Sequence record: SRR9188677_110
Direction: 5' to 3' (one strand)
Length of the DNA stretch: 64,000 nt
Shown: positions 51,565-60,612 of the stretch, one piece after another
How positions within the stretch are numbered: position 1 is the first letter of the stretch
Layout: each line of letters begins with the position of its first letter
The notes under the pieces: model-generated
The model's input: only the letters and a program-made list of their open reading frames with translations
Told to the model about the DNA's origin: nothing
The model's database searches: none
Made by a program: the position numbers and the translations under genes

Positions 51565-52644
51565 ATGAGAACGCCAACTGTAAGAGTATTGTATATAGAT
51601 GATGAAGACAATAATCTTCAGGCATTTAAGGCTAGTTTTAGAAGGCAATATGAAATTTATACGGCAATTTCTGCCGAGGAAGGCTTAAAAATTCTTCAAA
51701 ACATTGACGTACAGGTAATTATTGCTGACCAAAAAATGCCTCATACTACCGGCGTTGAATTTTTTAAAAGCATCGTTGATAAATATCCAGATCCAATCCG
51801 TATCCTGCTAACAGGATATACAGATATAGAAGCATTGGCGGATGCGATTAACCATGGTGATATTTACAGGTATATTACCAAACCGTGGAATGATCTTGAA
51901 TTGCACAACTCTATCAAAAATGCCTATGATGCCTACAAGGCTAAAATAGATTTACGAAATAAAATGATAGAGCTTGAAAAAACAAATGATGAGCTTAACC
52001 GTTTTATTTATAGTATTTCTCATGAACTTAGGGCACCACTAGTATCTGTTATAGGTGTTGTAAATTTGGTAAAAATGGAAGGCCTCTATAACAGCAGTGG
52101 AGAATACTGGAATTTAATTGAAACTTGCTCAAACAAACTTGATTATTACATTCAAAAAACCTTACAATATTATAAAAACAATAAAACAGACAAGGATAAT
52201 AGTCCAGTTGATTTTTATAAATTAATTAACGAATTAATTGAAATTTATGCTTATACAGATAAAGACACACAATTTACTGTAAACGTAAAGCAAGATATCC
52301 CGTTTAAAGGTGATTTATTTAGAATTGAAGTAATCTTAGGTAATTTAATCTCAAATGCCATAAAATATCAGAAAGTTACAGAGCTAAATAAAAAGGTTAA
52401 TATTGATGTTGTAGTAAGTAGTGAACAAGCCCAAATTGACATTAGTGACAATGGAATGGGTATATTAAATGAGCATTTAGAGAAAATTTTTACCCAATTC
52501 TTTAAAAGTAAAGTTCATCATGGTAGTGGATTAGGGCTATTTATTGTAAAAGAAGCACTGAATAAAATTGATGGAAGAATTGGAGTAGAATCTGACGTTG
52601 ATCGTGGTACAACTTTTAAAATAACAATACCAAATGCAAAATAA
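51565..52644 (+). CDS. Hybrid response regulator-histidine kinase (REC-HisKA-HATPase)
   Basis: YIDDE..ADQKMP..KPW; SHELRAP, NLISNAIKY, GSGLGL. Confidence 0.92.
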   Translation: MRTPTVRVLYIDDEDNNLQAFKASFRRQYEIYTAISAEEGLKILQNIDVQVIIADQKMPHTTGVEFFKSIVDKYPDPIRILLTGYTDIEALADAINHGDIYRYITKPWNDLELHNSIKNAYDAYKAKIDLRNKMIELEKTNDELNRFIYSISHELRAPLVSVIGVVNLVKMEGLYNSSGEYWNLIETCSNKLDYYIQKTLQYYKNNKTDKDNSPVDFYKLINELIEIYAYTDKDTQFTVNVKQDIPFKGDLFRIEVILGNLISNAIKYQKVTELNKKVNIDVVVSSEQAQIDISDNGMGILNEHLEKIFTQFFKSKVHHGSGLGLFIVKEALNKIDGRIGVESDVDRGTTFKITIPNAK

Positions 52645-53026
52645 GATTAATCATGTGATGTTAATAGACGACAATATTATTGATCTAAAAATTAACGAAA
52701 AATTAATCAGCCTAGCTAAATTAGCTGATCAAATCACCATGTGTCAATCTGGACAAGAAGCTTTAAATTTTCTCAAAAAAAATTCAACTGAAATCCAAAA
52801 CCTACCTAATCTTATTCTTTTAGATATCCAAATGCCAGAAATGGATGGTTTTGAATTTATGGAATATTATAAGGACCTCCCACCTTCAATTACTACAAAC
52901 TGTACTGTTGCTATGCTATCATCTACCTTAGATTTTGGAGATATCCATAAAGCAGAGGCAAATCCCTTGGTCATAAAACTACTTAAAAAGCCGTTGGTTA
53001 TTCCTGATTTGAAACAATTGTTCTAA
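52634..53026 (+). CDS. Single-domain response regulator (CheY-like)
   Basis: LIDDN, LLDIQMPEMDGFEF, LSST, KPL. Confidence 0.92.
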   Translation: MQNKINHVMLIDDNIIDLKINEKLISLAKLADQITMCQSGQEALNFLKKNSTEIQNLPNLILLDIQMPEMDGFEFMEYYKDLPPSITTNCTVAMLSSTLDFGDIHKAEANPLVIKLLKKPLVIPDLKQLF

Positions 53027-53084
53027 GATTGCCGTTTTTTTTAAACCTTTGTAGAAACAGGTTGTTATCCATTAAAAGAAACTT

Positions 53085-53342
53085 ATGGATATCAAAGAGA
53101 ACATCGCCGGACTAGGCAAAGATCATGATGAGGATGCTCGTGAAAAAGACCTTCAAAAAAAACAGAGTGAAGCTAAACCTGGTGCCGAAAATATAGACAT
53201 GGAGCCCCATAGTGTAAATAAAGATGGAAATAAAGGCTTCTCTGACCAATCGGATAAAGAAGATAATTTAGATAGTGCTGCTAAAGAATATAGCGATGAG
53301 CAACATCAAAAAGCACAAAACTGGGAAAGCAATGTAGATTAG
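53085..53342 (+). CDS. Small hydrophilic, acidic hypothetical protein
   Basis: 85-aa ORF rich in D/E/K with an AT-rich leader. Confidence 0.6.
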   Translation: MDIKENIAGLGKDHDEDAREKDLQKKQSEAKPGAENIDMEPHSVNKDGNKGFSDQSDKEDNLDSAAKEYSDEQHQKAQNWESNVD

Positions 53343-54784
53343 CTGTTGGTTTTAAAGAGCAAGGGGATAATAATTTTAATAGTCATGCCATGATCGCTGT
53401 TAATGGAAATATGCCCATTGAGCAGTTTAACTTTATTTAAAACTGTGGCTATGCCCATACCTCTCCCTTTTACATCACTAAGGTTATAGCCTATGCCATT
53501 GTCTTTTATTAAAATCGCAATTTCCTTATTATCCTGGAAAACATCTATACTAGCTAAGCTGGCTTTAGAATGATTAACAATGTTCATTGCCAGCTCTTGT
53601 ATAATCCTATAAATAGATATTTCTAAATACTTATCTAATCGTTTAGTGATACCATTAAAGTTGCAGGTAATATTTAGTTTGTGCCCAAATTGCTTACAGA
53701 TATCGGTTACAGCAGCAGAAAGACCAAAATCTTCTAAAATAGTAGGTGTAAGTTGATGCGCAATTCTACGGCTTTCTCTAATTGCCTCTCCTAAAATCTC
53801 TTCGGTAGCCTTTTTAGCTTTATGAAACGCTGCTTGGTCTTTATCTTTTTCATTAAATAGCACTTGGCTAAGGTTAATTTTAACGGCATAAAGCAATTGT
53901 CCAATGCCATTATGCAAGCTTTCAGCAATTCTCTTGCGCTCCTCTTCTTGAGTAGTAATTACAGCATTGTAAATTTCTTGCTGTTGTTGCGCTTCAAGTT
54001 CCTTAATTTTTAATGCCGCGTTCTTTTGGGCGGTGATATCTAAATTACTGGCTACCAAACCATTGTTCATCTTTACAAAGGTACAAGTAAACCATTTATC
54101 AAAGCCATCATAAGGGTAATAATAATCAGTGCTTTGTGGCTCACCAGTTTTCATCACCTCCAGCATCATGTCAAACAATATCGTTTGCTTTATTCCAGGG
54201 TATTCTATGGAATATACTTTACCTACCAGATCCTTTCTTTGGGTTTGTCTTTCAAGCTCTTTACTCACCATCATGATGCAAAAATCATCTATCTGCCCAT
54301 TTGCATCATAAATGGGTTCTAACAATGACATACCTATTAGGCTTGTATCAAATATTGATTGCAGTAAGTTTTTATTTTTAATCAGCTCTTGATGTGCAGC
54401 GGCCAATTCTTTCTCATCTCTCGTTTTTTGGGTTATATCATGGGCCACTCCAATAATTCTGCTTAAATTATCTTTTTCAACCACTTTTCCCTTACCCAAT
54501 ATGTATCGCATATCACCATCTGGGGTGTATATCCTGCGGACATACTCGTAAGGTTTTTTGTACAATATAGCATCAGCTAATATATTGTTTATTTCAGCTG
54601 CATCATCAGGATGTGAAATGGAATCAATAAATTCAGCTGTAGGATTAAATGACCGTGGTTCATAACCAAACAGCCTATACATCCCATCAGAAAACCTAAT
54701 TACGTTGGTTGTTAAATTTACTTCGTAGCTACCTGTACTACCCGCAATTTCTGCTTGTATCAATAAATTTTCGGTTTCGGTCAT
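53339..54784 (-). CDS. Cytoplasmic PAS-domain histidine kinase (HisKA_3, NarX/UhpB type)
   Basis: PAS/PAC (HPDD), EERKRIAESLHNGIGQ, YRIIQE, DNGIG, GMGI. Confidence 0.88.
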   Translation of the reverse strand: MTETENLLIQAEIAGSTGSYEVNLTTNVIRFSDGMYRLFGYEPRSFNPTAEFIDSISHPDDAAEINNILADAILYKKPYEYVRRIYTPDGDMRYILGKGKVVEKDNLSRIIGVAHDITQKTRDEKELAAAHQELIKNKNLLQSIFDTSLIGMSLLEPIYDANGQIDDFCIMMVSKELERQTQRKDLVGKVYSIEYPGIKQTILFDMMLEVMKTGEPQSTDYYYPYDGFDKWFTCTFVKMNNGLVASNLDITAQKNAALKIKELEAQQQQEIYNAVITTQEEERKRIAESLHNGIGQLLYAVKINLSQVLFNEKDKDQAAFHKAKKATEEILGEAIRESRRIAHQLTPTILEDFGLSAAVTDICKQFGHKLNITCNFNGITKRLDKYLEISIYRIIQELAMNIVNHSKASLASIDVFQDNKEIAILIKDNGIGYNLSDVKGRGMGIATVLNKVKLLNGHISINSDHGMTIKIIIPLLFKTNS

Positions 54785-54862
54785 GGCTACTTAATTTAAC
54801 ACAAACTTAATCTATAATCTATAAACTATTAGCAGAAACATGCGTAAAAAAGATGTTTAAAA

Positions 54863-54894
54863 AAAAAGCTTAATCAATTAAGATTAAGCTTTTT
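54863..54894 (-). terminator. Intrinsic terminator downstream of the tRNA 3' end
   Basis: AAAAAGCTTAATC-aattaa-GATTAAGCTTTTT perfect inverted repeat with T-tracts. Confidence 0.75.
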
Positions 54895-54900
54895 AAAATG

Positions 54901-54958
54901 TGGGCCCACCTGGGCTCGAACCAGGGACCAAAAGATTATGAGTCTTCTACTCTGACCA
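54901..54958 (-). pseudogene. 3' fragment of tRNA with CAT anticodon (probably tRNA-Ile2), att-site duplication
   Basis: Minus strand TGGTCAGAGTAGAAGA-CTCATAA-TCTTTTGGTC-CCTGG-TTCGAGC-CCAGG-TGGGCCCA: anticodon arm, T-arm and 3' acceptor strand are intact; 5' acceptor strand and 5' D-stem are absent. Confidence 0.8.
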
Positions 54959-55130
54959 TCCTAAAAAGGACGAAAATCATTGTTTCTAACTTACTGAAGC
55001 AATATAATCACTATTTTTCAAACCACAAAATTTTGCTCCGTAACGTATCTGTAACGTATATATGTACACTACAGTTGTTTTCCAATAGTTAAAAATTAAT
55101 CTTAAGTTTGCTACATACTCACAAATAAAA

Positions 55131-55970
55131 ATGAATTGGATCACCCGTGAAAAACCAAAAATTGACCGCATAGCCTGTCCATGGCTCATCAAGCGTTTTA
55201 TTGATCCTGAGGCAGAGATTATCTACGTTGCTTCTGACAAGGTTTTAAGTATGGCAGCAGAGTTAAATGCCATCCCTTTTGATATTCCAGGTGTAGAGTA
55301 TAGTCACTATGACGATCAATGTAGTTTTGATTATTTTTTAAAAAAACATCAGTTAAAGGATGCGGCACTCAATCGAATGGCAACAATTATTAGGGGTGCT
55401 GATACCGATCGCCATGATTTTGCCCCACAAGCTTCTGGATTAGAAGCAATTTTTTCAGGTCTCTCCTATAACAGTAATGATGATAAGGAACTTTTGGAAT
55501 TTGGCATGAAAGTTTATGATGGTCTCTATAGTTGGGCAAAGCATCTTCATCATCAGAAGCACACTCAGACTCCAGATGAACATTTATTGCTGCAAGTCTA
55601 TTATCAATTTCTTAAAAATAACAAAACGCAAAAAATTCCTGAGTGGGCAAAGGAGTTGAGGGAAATGATTCAAGATCAAGTAGACACCAATATGAACCTT
55701 AGCTTGCAGCATTTGTCTGAAGAATTGGAGATAAATCCAACATATCTTTCACGTGAATTTTCCAAATATTTTGAAAATCAGTCATTTGGAGAATACATCC
55801 GGAAGATGAGGTTAGAAAAAGCAATTCAGTTAATAGAGACCAGTAATTATACCTTAAGCGAAATCGCTTATCATACAGGTTTTTCAGATCAGAGCCATTT
55901 TAACCGGATATTTAAAAAACATATGGGGATGAAAGCCTCTGAATATAAAAAAAATCACCTAAAAAAGTAA
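55131..55970 (+). CDS. ChrB C-terminal (chromate-resistance) domain fused to an AraC-type HTH
   Basis: WITREKPKIDRIACPWLIKRFIDP...RGADTD; C-terminal YLSREFSK...EIAYHTGFSDQSHFNRIFKK. Confidence 0.85.
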   Translation: MNWITREKPKIDRIACPWLIKRFIDPEAEIIYVASDKVLSMAAELNAIPFDIPGVEYSHYDDQCSFDYFLKKHQLKDAALNRMATIIRGADTDRHDFAPQASGLEAIFSGLSYNSNDDKELLEFGMKVYDGLYSWAKHLHHQKHTQTPDEHLLLQVYYQFLKNNKTQKIPEWAKELREMIQDQVDTNMNLSLQHLSEELEINPTYLSREFSKYFENQSFGEYIRKMRLEKAIQLIETSNYTLSEIAYHTGFSDQSHFNRIFKKHMGMKASEYKKNHLKK

Positions 55971-56057
55971 AGTATGTTCTACTAGTTGGTTCTGTTCTAT
56001 TTTGTAACATTAAATAGCCATAATATTGTGTTTTAATTAAAAACTGGACTTCCAGAC

Positions 56058-57455
56058 ATGAAACACAATATTAAAACTATTCCTCGAAAGATTGGCCTGA
56101 TTATAACGATAATCATTTATGCACTGTTGCCAAATAAGTCTTTTGGACAGCAAGGCAGAGCTTATTTGGATTCGCTGCTCCAATCCTCCGTCACCAACTA
56201 TCCGCTGATCAAAGCGAAAAAACTGCAAACAGCGGCGTTGCAATATGCGGTAAAATATAAAAAAGCCGGAGTGATACCTTCACTCAATGCTTCTTATCAG
56301 GTCGATTATGCGACCTCAAACAACATCACGGGTATGGTTTACCCGCAATATATTATACCAATAAGCGGCCCTCCTAGTAAAACCAACGAATACAAAGGAA
56401 CTCCTGGCAGTGCTATAGCACTTAATCTACAATGGGAGCCCATCACTTTTGGGCAGAGGAGTTCAGAAATCGATCTGGCAAAAGGAAGATTGCAATATGG
56501 CAAGTCAGATGAAGAGTTAAGCTCATTTCAACAGCAGGTATATGTGATCAGTTCATGGCTAAATTATTTACTTGTTAACGATCTAGTCAAAATTTATCAA
56601 ACCAATATCGATCGGTCTGCTTTTAATCTTAAACAAGCACAAGCACTGGTCACCAGCGGTTTAAGGCCCGGTACCGATTCGTCCTCTTTTAATTCAGAAT
56701 ACACCAGGGCCAAAATGCAATTGATAGGTTTTGAAAGACAAAGAGATTCCTCATTGATCGCACTGAAGGAAATCGTTGGTGGACGTTTACCAGCCGGAAC
56801 AATTGTAGACTCTTTACTTCTTAAAAGATTACCAGTACTGACTCAGGCCGACACTACATTTACTGAACATCCTGAAATACAGTTGAGCAAAGCTAATGTT
56901 GCATCAAACCAACTGGCCTTAAAATCATTAAAAAGGAGCATTTTACCCAAATTGACGATATGGAGTACAGGTTATGGCAGAGGGTCTGGAGTTGGAGCAG
57001 ATGGATCGATTAATAACAATGAGGGATGGCGTTTCCAGCGGTATAACTATGGAGTGGGCGCACAAGTTGCATTCCCTATTTTTGAAATCTTCCACCAGAA
57101 GCCATTATGGAAACAACAGGAGTTACTTACTGCATCCAGCAGGGAACAACTTTTACAAACTGAATTACATTTGAGTACACAGCAGGAAATTGCCGAATCA
57201 GCTTTTCAAAAAGCATTGCAATCAGCCCATCTGGCACCCCAACAGTCATATTCAGCAGAATATTCTTATAAAGCTATTCAATCAAGGTATAAATCTGGAC
57301 TAATCAACTATTACGATGTGATCCAGGCACAACAACTTTTGTTTCAGTCAGAAGCCACAGTGAAGATTGCCTATTATAACGTCTGGAAGTCATTATTAAC
57401 CAAGGCTACTTACCAGGGAAATATAAACTTGTTTTTAAATCAATACGGCAAATGA
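56058..57455 (+). CDS. TolC-family outer membrane efflux protein
   Basis: Signal peptide, two OEP repeats, RYKSGLINYYDVIQAQ; upstream of RND. Confidence 0.85.
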   Translation: MKHNIKTIPRKIGLIITIIIYALLPNKSFGQQGRAYLDSLLQSSVTNYPLIKAKKLQTAALQYAVKYKKAGVIPSLNASYQVDYATSNNITGMVYPQYIIPISGPPSKTNEYKGTPGSAIALNLQWEPITFGQRSSEIDLAKGRLQYGKSDEELSSFQQQVYVISSWLNYLLVNDLVKIYQTNIDRSAFNLKQAQALVTSGLRPGTDSSSFNSEYTRAKMQLIGFERQRDSSLIALKEIVGGRLPAGTIVDSLLLKRLPVLTQADTTFTEHPEIQLSKANVASNQLALKSLKRSILPKLTIWSTGYGRGSGVGADGSINNNEGWRFQRYNYGVGAQVAFPIFEIFHQKPLWKQQELLTASSREQLLQTELHLSTQQEIAESAFQKALQSAHLAPQQSYSAEYSYKAIQSRYKSGLINYYDVIQAQQLLFQSEATVKIAYYNVWKSLLTKATYQGNINLFLNQYGK

Positions 57456-60400
57456 ACATACTTCAATTTCTTTACTCCTCTTTACGACGACCGATTACCA
57501 TTATCGTTGCCGTTATCGCAATTATTTTCTTTGCTATAGTTTCTATTCGTACCATGCCCGTGGATATTTTCCCTAAACTTGGTACACCTACGATCTATGT
57601 GGCCCAAACCTATGGAGGTTTATCTGCCGAACAGATCGAAGGATTTGTCACCTCCTATTATGAATATCATTTCCTGTATGTAACCGGTATCAAATCTGTA
57701 GAAAGTAAAACCATTCAGGGGGTTGCCTTGCTCAAATTGAACTTTTATGAAGGTACGGACATGGGGCAGGCAACTGGCGAGGTTGTCTCTATGGTAAACC
57801 GTGCAAGGGCTTTTATGCCGCCAGGAACTGTATCACCTTTCGTTACCCGTTTTGATGGCGGAAGCGTAGCCGTTGGTCAGCTCGTTTTTAGCAGTTCCAC
57901 AAAATCTCTATCAGAAGTGCAAGATTTGGCCTTATTCAAGGTAAGACCCATGTTTGCAACTTTACCAGGAGTTTCTGCCCCGCCGCCTTTTGGGGGAAAC
58001 CAGAAAACTGTATTGGTTAAAGCTGACCCAAACAAATTGCGTAGTTACGGGATAAGCCCGGAAGAATTGGTAACTGCTATTGCCAAAGGAAATACGATTA
58101 CACCAGCAGGTAATCTACGGATTGGAGATAAGATGCTGATCGCCCCACAGAATACTGTGGTTGAGAACATTCAGGATCTGGGAAATATTCCTTTGAAAAC
58201 TGGCAGTGGGCCTTCGGTTTATGTACGCGATATTGCCCAAATAGATAATGGTGCTGATGTTACCTCCGGTTACGCACTAATCAATGGTAAACGTTCGGTA
58301 TATATTCCAGTTACTAAACGAGCTGATGCCTCCACCTGGGATGTAGTACAAAAAGTAAAAGCAGCATTACCCGATATGCAGTCTGCTATTCCATCAGATA
58401 TAAAGGTAAGTTATGAATTTGACCAATCGGGTTATGTAATCAATTCTCTAAAAAGCTTAATGAGCGAAGGTATTTTAGGTGCATTGTTGACAGGCTTAAT
58501 GGTACTGCTGTTTTTACGGGATTGGAGAGGTTCACTTATTGTTGTATTGACCATTCCCCTTGCCTTATTGTCTGCCGTAATATGCCTGAAGCTTTTTGGA
58601 CAAACCATTAATATCATGACTCTTGGTGGTTTAGCGCTCGCGATAGGTATTTTGGTTGATGAAGCGACGGTAACCATAGAAAACATCCATCATCACCAGG
58701 AAAAAGGAGAACCCAAGGGACAAGCTATATTAAAGGCATGTAAGGAAATTGCTTTGCCAAAGTTGCTCATCCTGCTTTGCATCCTTGCTGTATTTTTCCC
58801 CGCATTCTTTATGTCTGGAATTCCTAAATCCATGTTTCTACCACTTTCTTTAGCGGTTGGGTTTGCCATGATTGCGTCTTTTTTATTGTCGCAGTCCTTT
58901 GTACCTGTAATAGCCAATTGGCTATTTAAAGAGCACACTGTAGCAAATGCAAATGAAGGTAAGCGGATGGCCCGCTTTAAAGAGAGACACGAAAAATTGA
59001 TCCTTCGGCTATTACCTGTAAGAAATCTCTTTATTCCAGTGTACATCATTCTATCTATTGTTTTTGCTGGATTCCTATTTTTGATCATTGGTAAGGAATT
59101 ATTCCCTAAAGTAGATGCAGGACAATTTCAGGTAAGACTTAGGCTTCCTGAAGGAACAAGGATTGAGCGTACCGAAGAAAAGACAAAACAACTGCTTCAT
59201 TTGATTGATAGTATTTCGGGCGGTGGTAAGATCGCTATTTCTTCTGCATTTGTTGGTCTTCAGCCATCCAGTTATCCAGTAAGTGTAATACACTTGTGGA
59301 CAAGTGGCCCAGAAGAAGGATTATTAAAAGTCAAGTTTAGCCCGGAGGCTAAAGTTCCTCTGGATGATTTTAAAGAAACCTTGCGAAAGGTGGTGAAAAA
59401 CAGAATTCCTGATATGCAGATCTCTTTTGAACCTGCCGATTTAGTAGATCAGGTAATGAGCCAGGGCACTGGCACACCCGTACAAATCAGGATTTTGGGC
59501 AAAAATTTACGACACGACAGAGAATTTGGGAAGAAGGTCGTGGAAGGATTGAAGACCTTGCCATATATCCGTGATGTGGCTTATGGTGCGCCACAAGGTT
59601 ACCCAGCAATGAAGATAGAATTTGACAGGACAAAGTTAGGCCAGTTGGGCCTAACGGTAGAGGATGCAGGTAAATCATTGACCGCAGCCACCTCTTCAAG
59701 TCGTTTTTCGCAGCCTAATTACTGGCTGGATAAAGCTTCGGGAACGGCTTATCAAATACAGGTACAGGTACCGGAATATGTGATGAACGATCCTGCCCAG
59801 GTAGACAATATTCTCCTTAATTCTAATAATGGAAAACAGGCTTATGTAAGAGATGTGGCAAGCTGGAAAATGGCAACTGTGGAGGGAGAATATGATCGCC
59901 TAAATCAAAAACGATACATCACCATTACAGCTAATTTACAAGGCCAGGCGCTTGGAAAAGCTATGTCTGATATTGAAAAGCTCATTGCAGGTTTAGGAGA
60001 GCTACCTGAAGGGATGAAAATACAACAGCAGGGACAAGCAGAAGTTTTTATTCAAACTTTTCAAGAATTACAAAATGGCATTTTACTTGCGATTGTAGTG
60101 ATTTTTCTACTGTTAGCTGTAAACTTCCAATCCTTTCGCTTGTCCTTGGTCATCATATCTATTATCCCTGGAATTGTAGCAGGTAGTTTAATATTACTTT
60201 GGATAAGTGGTAAAACACTGAATATTCAATCTTATATGGGTTGTATTATGGCAATTGGAGTAGCTGTATCAAATGCAATTCTTTTTCTAACCCAAGCAGA
60301 AAAATATAGAAAGGAAAAACTTGACAGCCCCTATTTAGCAGGTATAAAAGACCGGATCAGACCAATCCTTATGACTACTTTAGCCATGATAGCTGGAATG

Positions 60401-60610
60401 ATACCTATGGCTTTAGGTTTGGGTGAAGGAGGCGATCAGACCTCACCATTAGGAATCGCCGTTATAGGAGGATTGTTCTTCTCTGTATTTTCAAGTCTGG
60501 TCTTTCTGCCGCTATTGTACCAAGCCTCCATTGGGAACCGCCAGACACCTGTTATTTCCCTAGATCCAGATGATCCGCAAAGCAAATATTATAAAACAAC
60601 TGAGAATTAA
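57452..60610 (+). CDS. RND efflux transporter permease (AcrB/CusA family)
   Basis: 1052 aa; MPVDIFP, GILVDEATVTIEN, RIRPILMTTLAMIAGMIP. Confidence 0.93.
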   Translation: MNILQFLYSSLRRPITIIVAVIAIIFFAIVSIRTMPVDIFPKLGTPTIYVAQTYGGLSAEQIEGFVTSYYEYHFLYVTGIKSVESKTIQGVALLKLNFYEGTDMGQATGEVVSMVNRARAFMPPGTVSPFVTRFDGGSVAVGQLVFSSSTKSLSEVQDLALFKVRPMFATLPGVSAPPPFGGNQKTVLVKADPNKLRSYGISPEELVTAIAKGNTITPAGNLRIGDKMLIAPQNTVVENIQDLGNIPLKTGSGPSVYVRDIAQIDNGADVTSGYALINGKRSVYIPVTKRADASTWDVVQKVKAALPDMQSAIPSDIKVSYEFDQSGYVINSLKSLMSEGILGALLTGLMVLLFLRDWRGSLIVVLTIPLALLSAVICLKLFGQTINIMTLGGLALAIGILVDEATVTIENIHHHQEKGEPKGQAILKACKEIALPKLLILLCILAVFFPAFFMSGIPKSMFLPLSLAVGFAMIASFLLSQSFVPVIANWLFKEHTVANANEGKRMARFKERHEKLILRLLPVRNLFIPVYIILSIVFAGFLFLIIGKELFPKVDAGQFQVRLRLPEGTRIERTEEKTKQLLHLIDSISGGGKIAISSAFVGLQPSSYPVSVIHLWTSGPEEGLLKVKFSPEAKVPLDDFKETLRKVVKNRIPDMQISFEPADLVDQVMSQGTGTPVQIRILGKNLRHDREFGKKVVEGLKTLPYIRDVAYGAPQGYPAMKIEFDRTKLGQLGLTVEDAGKSLTAATSSSRFSQPNYWLDKASGTAYQIQVQVPEYVMNDPAQVDNILLNSNNGKQAYVRDVASWKMATVEGEYDRLNQKRYITITANLQGQALGKAMSDIEKLIAGLGELPEGMKIQQQGQAEVFIQTFQELQNGILLAIVVIFLLLAVNFQSFRLSLVIISIIPGIVAGSLILLWISGKTLNIQSYMGCIMAIGVAVSNAILFLTQAEKYRKEKLDSPYLAGIKDRIRPILMTTLAMIAGMIPMALGLGEGGDQTSPLGIAVIGGLFFSVFSSLVFLPLLYQASIGNRQTPVISLDPDDPQSKYYKTTEN

Positions 60611-60612
60611 TC

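Noticed and set aside
54901-54975. Intact tRNA-Met/Ile gene
   Set aside because: Sequence 5' of the D-loop GG (ttcgtcctttttagga) cannot pair with the TGGGCCC acceptor strand, so it is a fragment.
54898-55192. ORFs 54898..55092 (+) and 54986..55192 (-)
   Set aside because: They translate the tRNA fragment, att region and the promoter or start of the ChrB-AraC gene.
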